This document shows positions 1 to 9,162 of a stretch of 64,000 nt of DNA, piece by piece. Below the pieces are notes generated by a model that worked only from the letters and a program-made list of their open reading frames with translations, did no database searches and was not told where the DNA came from. A program made the position numbers and the translations under genes. The first letter of the stretch is position 1, and every line of letters begins with the position of its first letter. This DNA is from Chromatiales bacterium (GTDB lineage: Bacteria; Pseudomonadota; Gammaproteobacteria; Steroidobacterales; GCA-2729495), in the NCBI GenBank assembly GCA_024234935.1, contig JACKNI010000007.1:11454-75453 (forward strand), written 5' to 3'.

Positions 1-780
1 ACGGTCCGCGAGCCACGAGGCGGTGAGTGCCCCGACGGTGGCCACACCGGTGGAAATTCCCAGCGCGATGCCAACCCGCGGTGCTTCGATACCGGCCGAG
101 GTGCCGATCAGTTTGACAAAGGCCCAGATCGCGCCGAGGCCGGTACACCAGATCAGCATCACGGCCAGCGCAATGAATGCCGGCAGGGCAGAAGCATTTG
201 CGTCGCTGCCGCCGGCATGATGGCCGGTTGCCCCGGTGGGTTGCGGTATCCAGCCAACGGTGAACAGGGCAAGGAAGGCGAGTCCGGCCAGCGGCAACAG
301 CACGCCGCCGACGCCGGCATCTCTCGGCATCGGCAGCAGCAGGAAGCACAGCACGCCCAGCACGACCTGGGCCGCAATCAGGAAGGCAAAGTTGCGATCC
401 TTCTGTGTGGTGCTGCTGACGATGGCGATGGCGAGTGCAAAGGCCGTGCCTTCGCCGAAAAAGCCGACTGCAAATCGCAGCGCCGCCAGCGCAGCTGTCG
501 AGTCCAGATAGCTCGAGACCACGTTGCCGGCAATCACCACGAGGATCGCGACGATGGCCGCGGTACGCCACTTGACGCGCGGCATCCAGAAGGCCGCGGC
601 CACCGGTCCCAGCGCGGTACCCAGGGCTTCGGCGGCAAAGATCTGCCCGGCCACACCCGGCTCGATGCCGAGTCCGGCGACGAGGGCCTCGGTGATGATC
701 GGTCCGGCCATGATGGCCAATACACCGATGCAGCCCAGCAGCAGGGCCGCAACAAGAGCGGTTGGTTTATCGGCTGGCAT
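1..780 (-). CDS. MFS-type transporter, N-terminal 260 codons (gene continues past the left edge)
   Basis: Absent from the ORF track because no stop lies in the window. Hand translation of the minus strand from ATG at 780 (GGGGGAG on the coding strand at 790-796) is uninterrupted and very hydrophobic: MPADKPTALVAALLLGCIGVLAIMAGPIITEALVAGLG...GISTGVATVGALTASWLADR. It contains several TM-length segments. The + strand ORFs 217-831 and 236-511 look like Arg/Gly-rich shadows. Confidence 0.5.
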   Translation of the reverse strand, partial: MPADKPTALVAALLLGCIGVLAIMAGPIITEALVAGLGIEPGVAGQIFAAEALGTALGPVAAAFWMPRVKWRTAAIVAILVVIAGNVVSSYLDSTAALAALRFAVGFFGEGTAFALAIAIVSSTTQKDRNFAFLIAAQVVLGVLCFLLLPMPRDAGVGGVLLPLAGLAFLALFTVGWIPQPTGATGHHAGGSDANASALPAFIALAVMLIWCTGLGAIWAFVKLIGTSAGIEAPRVGIALGISTGVATVGALTASWLADR

Positions 781-856
781 GTCTCTGTTCTCCCCCAACG
801 CACGGCGGGCGCCGCGCGGCGGCTACTGTAACCCGGCAGACCTGTTCCGGCGACCG

Positions 857-2347
857 CTACGGCTGTGCCAGACGCATCGCCGTCCGTTCCGGCGCCTTGT
901 CAAGAACCGTATCGAGCGCCTGCACGAAGGCCGCAATGATCGGCTCGTTGTACCTGCCCACCGGCACGCCGTTGTAGATCACATGGGTACCATCGACGAC
1001 ATATTCACGGACGTAGGGCACCGTCCAGTCCGGATAATCCACCTGCTCGTAGCGGTCGTAGCCCGGTATGTCCTCGAAGTTGAACATCGCATGCGAGAAC
1101 AGCGTGTCGGTGTTTTCCGCGAAGAACTCGATGGGGATATTGATGACGTAGTCGAACTTGTCGCGGATGCCGTCCTTGAAGGCCTTGTTGGTGGACAGGT
1201 ACTTGCCGTCCGGGTTGTTGACCGGGTCCGCAAAATGATCCTGGCCGAGCACGATTTCCCGGCGGCTGAAATCATAGGTATCGAGCAGGGCCTTGAGGTC
1301 TTGCAGGGTGGTGTCCCGGTAGGCCGGTGCCAGCTGGATCCACGCTTCATTCGGTACCCGGTCCCAGGCCATGCCGTGTATCGACATGACGACCTTCACC
1401 GCAGACCCTCCCGGGAGCTGGTCGAGCCGGTCGCGCAACATGTTCACCCAGGTCTGGCGCAGCACGGGAAAATTGCCGAGCTGGGGCTGGATGATCACCT
1501 TGATCGGTTTGTGCCCGTGATCTTCCTGCCACTCATGGATGTAGTGCATGGCGTGGCGGATGCTGCCGTTGAATTCTTCGTGGTGCGAATAGATCGGTGC
1601 AGGGGCTGCAAGGATCACCGTGTCCACACCGGCATCGAGCAGCTCATGCATGGCCTGACGGGCCAGCCCGAAATTGTCGGCGGTTACCCAGCGCCACTCG
1701 ATGGGGCCGTAACGGGCCTGGATCTCCCGCATCGCCGGCTCGACGATCGCACGCATGCCGGCCTCGTGCGGGATCTTGTGTCCCTTGATGCCGATGCCGT
1801 GGTAGTAGGTGAGCGCCTTTGTTGCGAGCTTCGCCGACACCGTCGGCATGCCCTCCTGGCGCGTGGTCAGCAGGAAGTAGCCGTGATCGAGATGCAGACG
1901 GGGGTTGGGCGGCACCCATTCGATCTCGCCCGCATGCAGTTTGTCGACATAGGGGAGGCCGTCGAGATCGGTGTCGCGGCCCCAGGCATCGACCAGGCGT
2001 TCCGGTTTGAACTGCTCGAACTCGTAGGGTCGGGCCGGATCGAGCAGCAGTACGCCGCGGTCGGCGATCCACGGGATGCTGACCGGCCACGGGATGTATT
2101 GCCGGGCCTTCTGCGCCAGCAGGAAGTAATCCTCGATCCGGTAGTCCTCCGGCATGATCAGGCTGGAGATGAAGATTCCCGTCCGGCCTTCAGGCACCGT
2201 GTCCTGACTGAGGTAGTAGTCGTAGTAGTTCGGCGACACCAGCTGCGCCGGCGTGCGGTTCATGTACTTGTAGCTGGCATAGCCGCCGCCAGCCGTGAGA
2301 GCGGCAACGCCGGTCAGCCCGATCAGCAGTTTCTTCAGCAGGCGCAT
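857..2347 (-). CDS. membrane-anchored ferrochelatase-family-like protein (function unknown)
   Basis: ORF 857-2431. Start moved to ATG 2347 (MRLLKKLLIGLTGVAALTAGGGY, one N-terminal TM, G-rich SD just upstream). The body has blocks that line up with class II chelatase/ferrochelatase motifs as I remember them: APIYSHHEEFNGS (cf. PLYPQYSxxTTGS), VVMSIHGMAWD (cf. LLFSAHGLP), IPIEFFAENTDTLF (cf. PIxFxSDHxETLxE). Family assignment is tentative. Confidence 0.5.
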   Translation of the reverse strand: MRLLKKLLIGLTGVAALTAGGGYASYKYMNRTPAQLVSPNYYDYYLSQDTVPEGRTGIFISSLIMPEDYRIEDYFLLAQKARQYIPWPVSIPWIADRGVLLLDPARPYEFEQFKPERLVDAWGRDTDLDGLPYVDKLHAGEIEWVPPNPRLHLDHGYFLLTTRQEGMPTVSAKLATKALTYYHGIGIKGHKIPHEAGMRAIVEPAMREIQARYGPIEWRWVTADNFGLARQAMHELLDAGVDTVILAAPAPIYSHHEEFNGSIRHAMHYIHEWQEDHGHKPIKVIIQPQLGNFPVLRQTWVNMLRDRLDQLPGGSAVKVVMSIHGMAWDRVPNEAWIQLAPAYRDTTLQDLKALLDTYDFSRREIVLGQDHFADPVNNPDGKYLSTNKAFKDGIRDKFDYVINIPIEFFAENTDTLFSHAMFNFEDIPGYDRYEQVDYPDWTVPYVREYVVDGTHVIYNGVPVGRYNEPIIAAFVQALDTVLDKAPERTAMRLAQP

Positions 2348-2461
2348 GGATATCCCCCCGGCAGCGCTTGTGCTGATCCTACAGGAACGGCGTGATCCGT
2401 GAGCGCCGGCACAAGAATGAAGTGGATGCATATCGGCGTGTCGGTCGCGTCCGGTATTTGC

Positions 2462-3502
2462 TCAGGCGCGCTCGAATTTCGGCAGCACGTGCTCGGCGAC
2501 GATCTTCAGGCCGGCCATCGGCTCGTCGAACAGGCGGATCGACAGTTCGGTCAGACCGGCCTTCTCGAAGACGCGGAAACGTTCGATCTGCAGATCGATG
2601 TCGCCGAGATCGCCGGCCGAGGAGCAGGCAGCGATCAGGCGGTTGACGATCGATTCCGGTACGTCATCGATCTTGCCGGTACGGGTCCAGAAGGCCTTGG
2701 CGAAGTTCTGCCACTTGTCGATGACCAGCTGGCGCTCGTCTGGCGTCACGTAGGGCAGCATGTCGTACTTTGGCGGCAGCAACTCGCCACGGAAGACCAG
2801 CTCGCGACGCGCCTCGTACATGGATTTCTCGCGGTCAGCCTTGATATGCCAGGCCCAGAAATTGCCGATGCGGAAATCGGCGGCCGGCGTCTTGCGTGCG
2901 GCGAGGCCGGCGCGCAGGTGTTCCATGTGATGGTCGATCTTCTCCGGTGTGACGTCGCTCATCTGCGTGCCGTCGGCGATCTCGCCGGCCAGATGCAGCA
3001 TCTTTGGTCCGGTCGCGCAGGTGAAGATTCCCGGCCGTGCGGCCTTGGCCCAGCCGTTCTTGAGCGGCCGGCTGAGCTGGAACTCCTGGCCGGCATAGTT
3101 CATCACCAGTTTGCCCGAGGTTACGGCAGTGACGATATCCACCGCTTCGCGCACGCTTTGCAGCATGTGGTTGGCTTTCGGGTCCATCTTGCGGCCGATC
3201 GCGCCCATCACTGAGCCGCCGCCGCCAATCGCGACCACGGTGCGCCCGTTGCTGATCTCGTTCAGTGTCTGTGTCGCGTTGGCGATCTTCAGCGGGTGCA
3301 TCTCGTAGGGGCTGACTGCCAGCACGCCGAGGCGGATTTTCTTCGTCGCCAGTGCCGCTGGCACCAGGGCCACGAAGGCGTCCGGGTTCTGGTGATAGTT
3401 CGAGTGCCAGAGGGTGCGAAAACCGTGGTTCTCCGCGGCGACCGCCAGTTCGGCGACCTGTGCCGGGCTCAGATCCGGCTCAAGGATGATATCGATCTGC
3501 AT
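2462..3502 (-). CDS. luciferase-like (LLM) oxidoreductase, methylene-H4MPT reductase (Mer)-like clade, probably F420-dependent (paralog A)
   Basis: 346 aa: MQIDIILEPDLSPAQVAELAVAAENHGF...VSPYEMHPLKIANATQTLNEISNGRTVVAIGGGG. Collinear with the ORFs at 26249 and 29585 and has the typical LLM TIM-barrel N-terminus. Confidence 0.8.
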   Translation of the reverse strand: MQIDIILEPDLSPAQVAELAVAAENHGFRTLWHSNYHQNPDAFVALVPAALATKKIRLGVLAVSPYEMHPLKIANATQTLNEISNGRTVVAIGGGGSVMGAIGRKMDPKANHMLQSVREAVDIVTAVTSGKLVMNYAGQEFQLSRPLKNGWAKAARPGIFTCATGPKMLHLAGEIADGTQMSDVTPEKIDHHMEHLRAGLAARKTPAADFRIGNFWAWHIKADREKSMYEARRELVFRGELLPPKYDMLPYVTPDERQLVIDKWQNFAKAFWTRTGKIDDVPESIVNRLIAACSSAGDLGDIDLQIERFRVFEKAGLTELSIRLFDEPMAGLKIVAEHVLPKFERA

Positions 3503-3636
3503 GACAACGTCCGACCTGGTATTGCGGGGCGTGTAGGGTGCCCGCCGGCAGGCAATAACTCAACCGGTGCCGATTCGTGTTCGGTCAACAGGCGGATGAT
3601 CCGGACTGATGTTTGGCTATACTGTGGCCAGCACCA

Positions 3637-4284
3637 ATGAACCTTACCCTCTATTCCTCGCAAGGCTCCGGCAACTCCTACAAGGTGGAGCTGCTGCTGC
3701 GCCTGATGGGTCAGCCCTATCAGACGCGGCCGGTGGATCTGCGGCGCAATGAGCAGCTGGGCGTCGAGTTCCTGGCACGTAACCGTTTCGGGCAGGTGCC
3801 GGTGCTGGTCGATGGCGACATCGTGCTCACCGATTCGCACGCGATCATGCTGTATCTGGCCGGGCAGTACGGCGACCCTGTGCAGCACGACTGGGCGCCG
3901 CTTGACCCGCTGTCGCTGGCGCTGGTGATGCGCTGGCTGTCGGTGTCGGCAAATGAAATCCAGAATGGCCTGGCAATACCCCGCGCGGTAAAACTGCTCA
4001 ACTGGCCCTTCGATTACATGCAGGGTGTCAGGCTCGGTTACCGGACGCTGCGCATCATGGATGACCATCTGGCCGACCGCGAATGGCTGGCCCTGGAACA
4101 TGCCACCGTTGCCGATATCGCCTGCTATCCATATATCCTGCTGGCCGCAGAAGGCGGCGTGGACACGCGGCCCTTCGGCAATGTGCTGGCCTGGTGCAGG
4201 CGCATCGAAGCGCTGCCGCACTTCTGGCCGATGCCGCGCCTGCAGGGTATTCCGGCAGTGCCGCTGGTGCCGCTACCCATTTAA
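3637..4284 (+). CDS. glutathione S-transferase family protein
   Basis: ORF 3613-4284; ATG at 3637 preferred (MNLTLYSSQGSGNSYKVELLLRLMG...FGQVPVLVDGDIVLTDSHAIMLYLA). N-terminal thioredoxin-like GST motif plus C-terminal helical domain. Confidence 0.85.
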   Translation: MNLTLYSSQGSGNSYKVELLLRLMGQPYQTRPVDLRRNEQLGVEFLARNRFGQVPVLVDGDIVLTDSHAIMLYLAGQYGDPVQHDWAPLDPLSLALVMRWLSVSANEIQNGLAIPRAVKLLNWPFDYMQGVRLGYRTLRIMDDHLADREWLALEHATVADIACYPYILLAAEGGVDTRPFGNVLAWCRRIEALPHFWPMPRLQGIPAVPLVPLPI

Positions 4285-4343
4285 AAGGTGTCAGATTTAT
4301 TTTTCCGCGCTGGAAAACTGGAAAATAAATCTGACACCTTTTT
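4283..4343. terminator. bidirectional rho-independent terminator between convergent genes
   Basis: Near-perfect inverted repeat AAAAGGTGTCAGATTTATTTTTCC (4283-4306) / GGAAAATAAATCTGACACCTTTT (4320-4343). It is followed by three T5 runs (TTTTTACCCCTTTTTACCTTTTTATT) and is strikingly AT-rich for this genome. Confidence 0.75.
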
Positions 4344-4359
4344 ACCCCTTTTTACCTTT

Positions 4360-5373
4360 TTATTCGATCGTCGAGCACAGGTCTTCGGTGCGCGGATTGT
4401 CGTCCGACGGGCAGACGATATCTTCGCGAGCTACCCACAGCGGTGTACCCGCCACGATCCAGGTATTGACCGACTTGAAGCCCTTGATGCCGGCAATTCC
4501 CAGGTCCGGCAGGGGATTGAAGATCAGGTCAAACTTGCCGGCCTGGGTATCTTTCACGCAGCCGCTGAGGTCGTTCATGTATTTGGTCGAGACCTTGTGT
4601 TGCGGGAAAAACGCGCGCGCCGTCTGCGTGGCCAGCGGACCGGCGCAGATGCGCAGCCCCTCGCGCGCATAAAGGTCATCGATGCTGTTGATCTCGCTCG
4701 CAAGCGCCGAGTTTTCCGGGATATGCAGGTACTGGCTGATGGCGCTCATCGTGCAGGTGAAGCGTCGCGACGTACGCCGGCGCATGCCCTGGGTTTCGCC
4801 GCCCGTCGCGTTGAGCTGGCTGATGATATCCGCCCGGCCATCGACCAGCAGTGAGGTCGACGGCAGTGGCCCCGGGGGCATCACCACATTCTCGACCTTC
4901 AGGTCGACCTTGTAGTGGTTGCGCAACTCGACCAGCATCGCCTCGAACAGCGCATCGGTGGCCGCCGAGAAGTAGAACGAGGTGTCATTGGGCGTGTCGG
5001 TGGTCTTTTGCACGACCTGGCGGATCACGCCACGCTCGAGTATCTCTTTCAGCAGGCCGACCGGCCGGTCCGGAAACGGTGCCACCTCGGGAGAGGGCAG
5101 ACAGTCCGCCAGCGTGACCATGTAGCTGCTCGCCGCGCCCGGCTTCGAGGGCGGCATCGACTTGTAGATTTCGCGGTCCTTGCCGCTGGCGACGACGCGG
5201 ATCCAGGCGGCATCGAGGGCATCGACCAGCTGCTGCCGGCCTTTGGCGAGCTGCGGATCAACCACTGGCTGCTGCCTGGCAACCGGTGTGCTGGCGGGCT
5301 CGGTCGTGCTGCAACCGCTGATGACAGCGAGACCCAGCAATATCAGTGCGGTGATGCCCTGTTTGTGATCCAT
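4360..5373 (-). CDS. lipoprotein, periplasmic solute-binding (family 3)-like
   Basis: 337 aa. Signal peptide with lipobox LAVISGC|STTEP. The remainder is of two-lobe binding-protein length. Function not recognised with certainty. Confidence 0.55.
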   Translation of the reverse strand: MDHKQGITALILLGLAVISGCSTTEPASTPVARQQPVVDPQLAKGRQQLVDALDAAWIRVVASGKDREIYKSMPPSKPGAASSYMVTLADCLPSPEVAPFPDRPVGLLKEILERGVIRQVVQKTTDTPNDTSFYFSAATDALFEAMLVELRNHYKVDLKVENVVMPPGPLPSTSLLVDGRADIISQLNATGGETQGMRRRTSRRFTCTMSAISQYLHIPENSALASEINSIDDLYAREGLRICAGPLATQTARAFFPQHKVSTKYMNDLSGCVKDTQAGKFDLIFNPLPDLGIAGIKGFKSVNTWIVAGTPLWVAREDIVCPSDDNPRTEDLCSTIE

Positions 5374-5455
5374 GCGTGCCTGCTCCGCTTGATGGGGTGC
5401 CGGAGCGGTAATCGCTCCGGCGCCCCTGGTTGTGTGCGAACAAAGCTGCCCGGGC

Positions 5456-6334
5456 TCAGAGGGCCGGCGCCGGCTTTTGCTCGCGTGCGTAGTGCTCGAG
5501 GCTGGAATGGCTCGGGCCGTAGTCTTCGGTCGGCGCGTTCAGCATGTGCGGGCAGTTCTTTTCCGCATATTCGCGCACGTGCTTCGGCAGCTTGTCGGCG
5601 GAGTCGAAGCCGACCATGGTCGAGGCGTACATGCAGTGGCCGGGCGTCTGTCCCATCAGCATGAACGGCAGCCACGGGGAGACGCGGTGCCAGGTGCCCT
5701 GGTAGGGGACGGCAGTGAGTTTCGGGTTTTCCAGGTCCTTGATCGAGACAAAGTAACGCATCATCTCCGAGACCTGCGCCTTCGGCCCGGCGGACTCGCG
5801 CGGCCACTTGTCCGGCTGCAGCGGATTCGGATAGTTGAGGTGCATGTCGGTGGACAGCACCAGCGTCTCGTCGTTGAGCTTCTGCCAGGGGAAGATCAGC
5901 GGGATCTTCGGCAGCTTGCTGCGGTCGCCCGGGAAATCCTCCGGCGCGAGGATCAGCGTGTCGCTGATCGTGTAGTTGAACGGGTCGTTGATGGCATGCA
6001 CGACCTTGACGGTTTCATTGGTGTACGGATTCTTGTACTCCTCGATGATGTCGCCAGGCTGATTGAGCCGGTTGAGATTGGTATAGAAGATGACTTCCTT
6101 GTTCAGGCGGCGGATGTTGCCATCGGGCAGCGGTACCAGTCGCGTGGCAAGAAAGGTCTGGAAGCCAAGCAGCGGCTTGAGTGCTTCACCGGGCTTTACG
6201 CCAAGGATCACACCGCTGCAGTGGCTGAAGCGTTGCTTCTCGGAATCCAGGTCGCCCTGGATACGGGCCCAGCTGTCCCGGTTCCACCGGGGATTCATGA
6301 AATCGATTTTTGTCTCAAACGGAATGACGGCCAT
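5456..6334 (-). CDS. hypothetical protein (possibly DUF1838-like)
   Basis: 292-aa ORF with normal codon bias and no signal peptide: MAVIPFETKIDFMNPRWNRDSWARIQGDL... The DUF assignment is a weak memory-based guess. Confidence 0.45.
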   Translation of the reverse strand: MAVIPFETKIDFMNPRWNRDSWARIQGDLDSEKQRFSHCSGVILGVKPGEALKPLLGFQTFLATRLVPLPDGNIRRLNKEVIFYTNLNRLNQPGDIIEEYKNPYTNETVKVVHAINDPFNYTISDTLILAPEDFPGDRSKLPKIPLIFPWQKLNDETLVLSTDMHLNYPNPLQPDKWPRESAGPKAQVSEMMRYFVSIKDLENPKLTAVPYQGTWHRVSPWLPFMLMGQTPGHCMYASTMVGFDSADKLPKHVREYAEKNCPHMLNAPTEDYGPSHSSLEHYAREQKPAPAL

Positions 6335-6517
6335 GGTCTGGGCTCCTCGGGGAAAATGGACCGGGATGATTTGCTGCAGATTCGCTGTTGTGCGCGGTTT
6401 CCGCCAGCAGTCGATGCAGTTTAGCGGAACAGACCGGCGCAGTACGGCGTCCCCGAGTGGCCATTAGCCGGCAGTGACCGGTGTGCGGGCGACGTGCCGG
6501 GTTAAGATCCCGCTCCT

Positions 6518-7537
6518 ATGCAGCAGAAGAATCATCAGGTCGTACTCACCCGGCCATTGTCCGGCGTGCCGGTTGCCGACGATTTCCGTGTGCAGGAAGG
6601 GCCGGTTCCCGAGCCCGGCCCCGGTGAACTGCTGGTCAGGCACGTTTACCTCTCGCTGGATCCCTATCAACGCTCGGCGATCGCCGGTCGCCACCTGGGC
6701 AGCCGGCAACCGCTGGGTGCCGGAGGCATGCCGATGGCCGAGACTGTGGGCCAGGTATTGCGCTCGCGAAACCCCGCCTACCGCGAGGGCGACTATGTGC
6801 GGCATTTCGGTGGCTGGCAGGAGTACGCGCTGTCATCAGGCGAGCAGACGGAGGTGCTGGCGAAAAGCCGCGCACCCCTGTCGACCTGGCTCGGCGTCCT
6901 CGGCATGCCGGGACTCACGGCCTGGGCAAGCATGGTGGAGCTCGCAGACGTTCAACCCGGTCAGGTGGTACTGGTTTCAGCTGCGCTGGGTCCGGTGGGT
7001 TCGATGGTCGGACAGATCGCGATGCAGCGGGGGGCAGTCGCGGTCGGCATCGCCGGGTCTGATGAAAAATGCACCTTTGTACGCGAACTGGGTTTCAGCG
7101 CCTGTGTCAATTACCGGTCTGCGGATTTTCCGGGAGCGCTGGCCGCGGTACTGCCTGGCGGTGCTGATATCTACCACGACAATGTCGGTGGCCAGATGCT
7201 GGCTGATGCCTTCACGGTGCTGAAGAACTACGGCACGGTGATCCTCTGTGGCCTGATGGAGCGCTACAACGATCCATCCCGCTCAAAGCCGCTGGATCTT
7301 GCGCTGCCGATCGTCAGGCGCGCAGTGATGAAGGGTCTTGTGGTCACGGATTTTGAAGACCGTCGCACGCAGTTTGTCGATTTCGTTGCGCCGCGGATCG
7401 CGGACGGCCGGATACGTTATCGGGAGGATCGGGCCATCGGTATTGGCGCTACCGGCGTGCACTTTGCGCGCCTCATGCGCGGTGAGAATCTGGGCAAGTC
7501 CATCGTCGTGCTGGGCGATGAGGTCACGCAGCCCTGA
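6518..7537 (+). CDS. NADP-dependent oxidoreductase, medium-chain dehydrogenase/reductase family (YncB/CurA, LTB4 dehydrogenase-like)
   Basis: 339 aa: LSGVPVADDFRVQEGPVPEPGPGELLVRHVYLSLDPYQR..., with nucleotide-binding VLVSAALGPVGSMVGQIA. Confidence 0.85.
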   Translation: MQQKNHQVVLTRPLSGVPVADDFRVQEGPVPEPGPGELLVRHVYLSLDPYQRSAIAGRHLGSRQPLGAGGMPMAETVGQVLRSRNPAYREGDYVRHFGGWQEYALSSGEQTEVLAKSRAPLSTWLGVLGMPGLTAWASMVELADVQPGQVVLVSAALGPVGSMVGQIAMQRGAVAVGIAGSDEKCTFVRELGFSACVNYRSADFPGALAAVLPGGADIYHDNVGGQMLADAFTVLKNYGTVILCGLMERYNDPSRSKPLDLALPIVRRAVMKGLVVTDFEDRRTQFVDFVAPRIADGRIRYREDRAIGIGATGVHFARLMRGENLGKSIVVLGDEVTQP

Positions 7538-7582
7538 AACAGGCGATCGGCATCAGACCGCAATTTTTCGCTGCATGAAAAA

Positions 7583-7608
7583 GGGGCTGCGCATCCCTGC
7601 GCAGCCCC
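7583..7608. terminator. GC-rich hairpin terminator between convergent genes
   Basis: GGGGCTGCGCA-tccc-TGCGCAGCCCC, flanked by GAAAAA upstream and GCTTTCG downstream. It sits between the stop at 7537 (+) and the stop at 7631 (-). Confidence 0.6.
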
Positions 7609-7630
7609 GCTTTCGTGTGCCTTTCCGGTC

Positions 7631-8239
7631 CTAGAAACTGTAGGCCAGGTTGTAGTTGGTGTTTATCGCATAGGTGGTGGCAGTGGCGTTGCCCTGTATG
7701 GAGCCGCTGCTCGGGTTGCCATCGTCGCCGCGTGCTTCAAGAATCTGCACGACGTCGCCCGGCAGCGTACCGAACACGATTACATGCCCGCTCATGTTGT
7801 AGAGGTTCTGTTCGAAACCGATCAGGCCGCCAAAGGCGTGGGCAGGCTGCTGGTAACTTGCCGCAGTGGCATCGACGGGCCCCTTGAGAAAGCCGGCGCC
7901 GCGCAGGTGCTTCCAGATCAGGCGCGACTCGTTGGTATTGTTAGTGCTGTTCCAGTTGCCGGCGATGACGCCGTTGCCGTTGCCGTTGTCCGCAGCGCTC
8001 CAGGTGCCGGGAAAGCGGCTCGAGGCCGAGGGGTCGTCACCCGGCAGCACGCCGTAGCGGTCCTGATAGGCGAGGATGGCCGCGGTAATGCCCTTGTAGT
8101 CGTTCTCGACCTTGCTCACCTTGGCGTTGGTGATCATCTCCTGCCCTTTCAGCACACCGCCGATCAGCAAGCCGATAATGACGAGAACGATTGCGATCTC
8201 CACCAGGGTAAAACCCCGCTGACGGGAATGCCTGACCAT
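7631..8239 (-). CDS. major type IV pilin / pseudopilin (prepilin-type N-terminal cleavage/methylation domain)
   Basis: ORF 7631-8425. Start moved to ATG 8239 (AGGAG 8 nt upstream). MVRHSRQRG|FTLVEIAIVLVIIGLLIGGVLKGQ is a class III signal with Glu+5. The 202-aa protein contains no cysteine. Confidence 0.85.
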   Translation of the reverse strand: MVRHSRQRGFTLVEIAIVLVIIGLLIGGVLKGQEMITNAKVSKVENDYKGITAAILAYQDRYGVLPGDDPSASSRFPGTWSAADNGNGNGVIAGNWNSTNNTNESRLIWKHLRGAGFLKGPVDATAASYQQPAHAFGGLIGFEQNLYNMSGHVIVFGTLPGDVVQILEARGDDGNPSSGSIQGNATATTYAINTNYNLAYSF

Positions 8240-8367
8240 AGTCGACTCCTGGATATGCAACGAAGCCCGCGGCTCCGGGGTTAATTCACGAATTCCGGGT
8301 TGATTGTGCGCGACCGCTTCCGGTCGTTCTGTCAAACGGGTCACAGTTTCACTTAATTGCCGCGACC

Positions 8368-9162
8368 TCAGGGCAACCTGCCGGCGCTGACCATCTGGCC
8401 ATACAGGGTGCCGGGTGCGATCCACGTCACAAGATCGTCAAAACTGCTGCCTGTTGCGGTGCTCATGGTATGGCTGACGAATACCTCGTCGCTGGCGACA
8501 GGGTAGCTGCGGCCGGATGGCCCGCCGCCGAGAGTTGCGCCGACATTTTCCTGTTCGTCGGCAGAACCTGGCGTTGCAAAGTCCTTGCCCAGCGACAGCA
8601 GCACCGCCGGAGCAGTTGCCGTGATGATCGCACCGCTTGCGCAGGCGGTCGCGGACGATCCGGCTGCGGTGCTGCAGACATCCAGACTGGGTGCGAGATT
8701 CGCCAGTGTGACGTTGCGCATCTCGCCAGGCCGGACAAAGTCCCAGTTGCCGTCGCTGTCAGCATCGCTGTTGCTGACGGAGTAGCGGATCGGATCGCCC
8801 CATGCATCGAGCAGCAATTGATCGGCGTTTCGTGAGCCTGGCAGCCCCAGCGTCGCGGCCGGTACAAATCCATGCTGGCGCGTGCAACCGTTTGCCGTAG
8901 CTGATGCCTGTCCGTTGCTGGCCGGTGTGGCCGGACAGGGCAGGGCATCGTGAGCGAGCGCATAGCCTATCAGTGCCTCGCGGATATCTTCGAGCTGCTT
9001 CCTCGTGGTATCGATACGTTGCTGATCCATGCGTGCACTGAGCGGCATGATCAGTCCGCCGAGCAGCAATCCCACGATCAGCAGCACGATGGACAGTTCG
9101 AGCAAGCTGAAGCCCCGTTGCGGAGATGAGAGGGAAGCCTTGCAATGTGTGGGGTTCAGCAT
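8368..9162 (-). CDS. minor pilin / pseudopilin with prepilin-type N-terminus
   Basis: MLNPTHCKASLSSPQRG|FSLLELSIVLLIVGLLLGGLIMPL; four Cys in the globular part; overlaps the upstream gene by 7 nt. Confidence 0.8.
   Translation of the reverse strand: MLNPTHCKASLSSPQRGFSLLELSIVLLIVGLLLGGLIMPLSARMDQQRIDTTRKQLEDIREALIGYALAHDALPCPATPASNGQASATANGCTRQHGFVPAATLGLPGSRNADQLLLDAWGDPIRYSVSNSDADSDGNWDFVRPGEMRNVTLANLAPSLDVCSTAAGSSATACASGAIITATAPAVLLSLGKDFATPGSADEQENVGATLGGGPSGRSYPVASDEVFVSHTMSTATGSSFDDLVTWIAPGTLYGQMVSAGRLP

Noticed and set aside
524-2395. 623-aa + strand ORF covering the ferrochelatase-like gene
   Set aside because: Extremely Arg/Ala/Gly/His-rich with no recognisable motifs, and antisense to a well-behaved ORF with a signal/TM and an SD. 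This is a typical shadow ORF of high-GC DNA.
3469-4221. 250-aa minus-strand ORF opposite the GST gene
   Set aside because: The GST frame has the conserved N-terminal GST motif. The antisense product is featureless.
8240-8367. Possible sigma-54 promoter (GGGC...TTGCAT) upstream of the major pilin gene
   Set aside because: The GG-to-GC spacing is about 2 nt short of the TGGCAC-N5-TTGC consensus. The element is only about 17 nt from the start codon, so the implied transcription start would fall within the SD.
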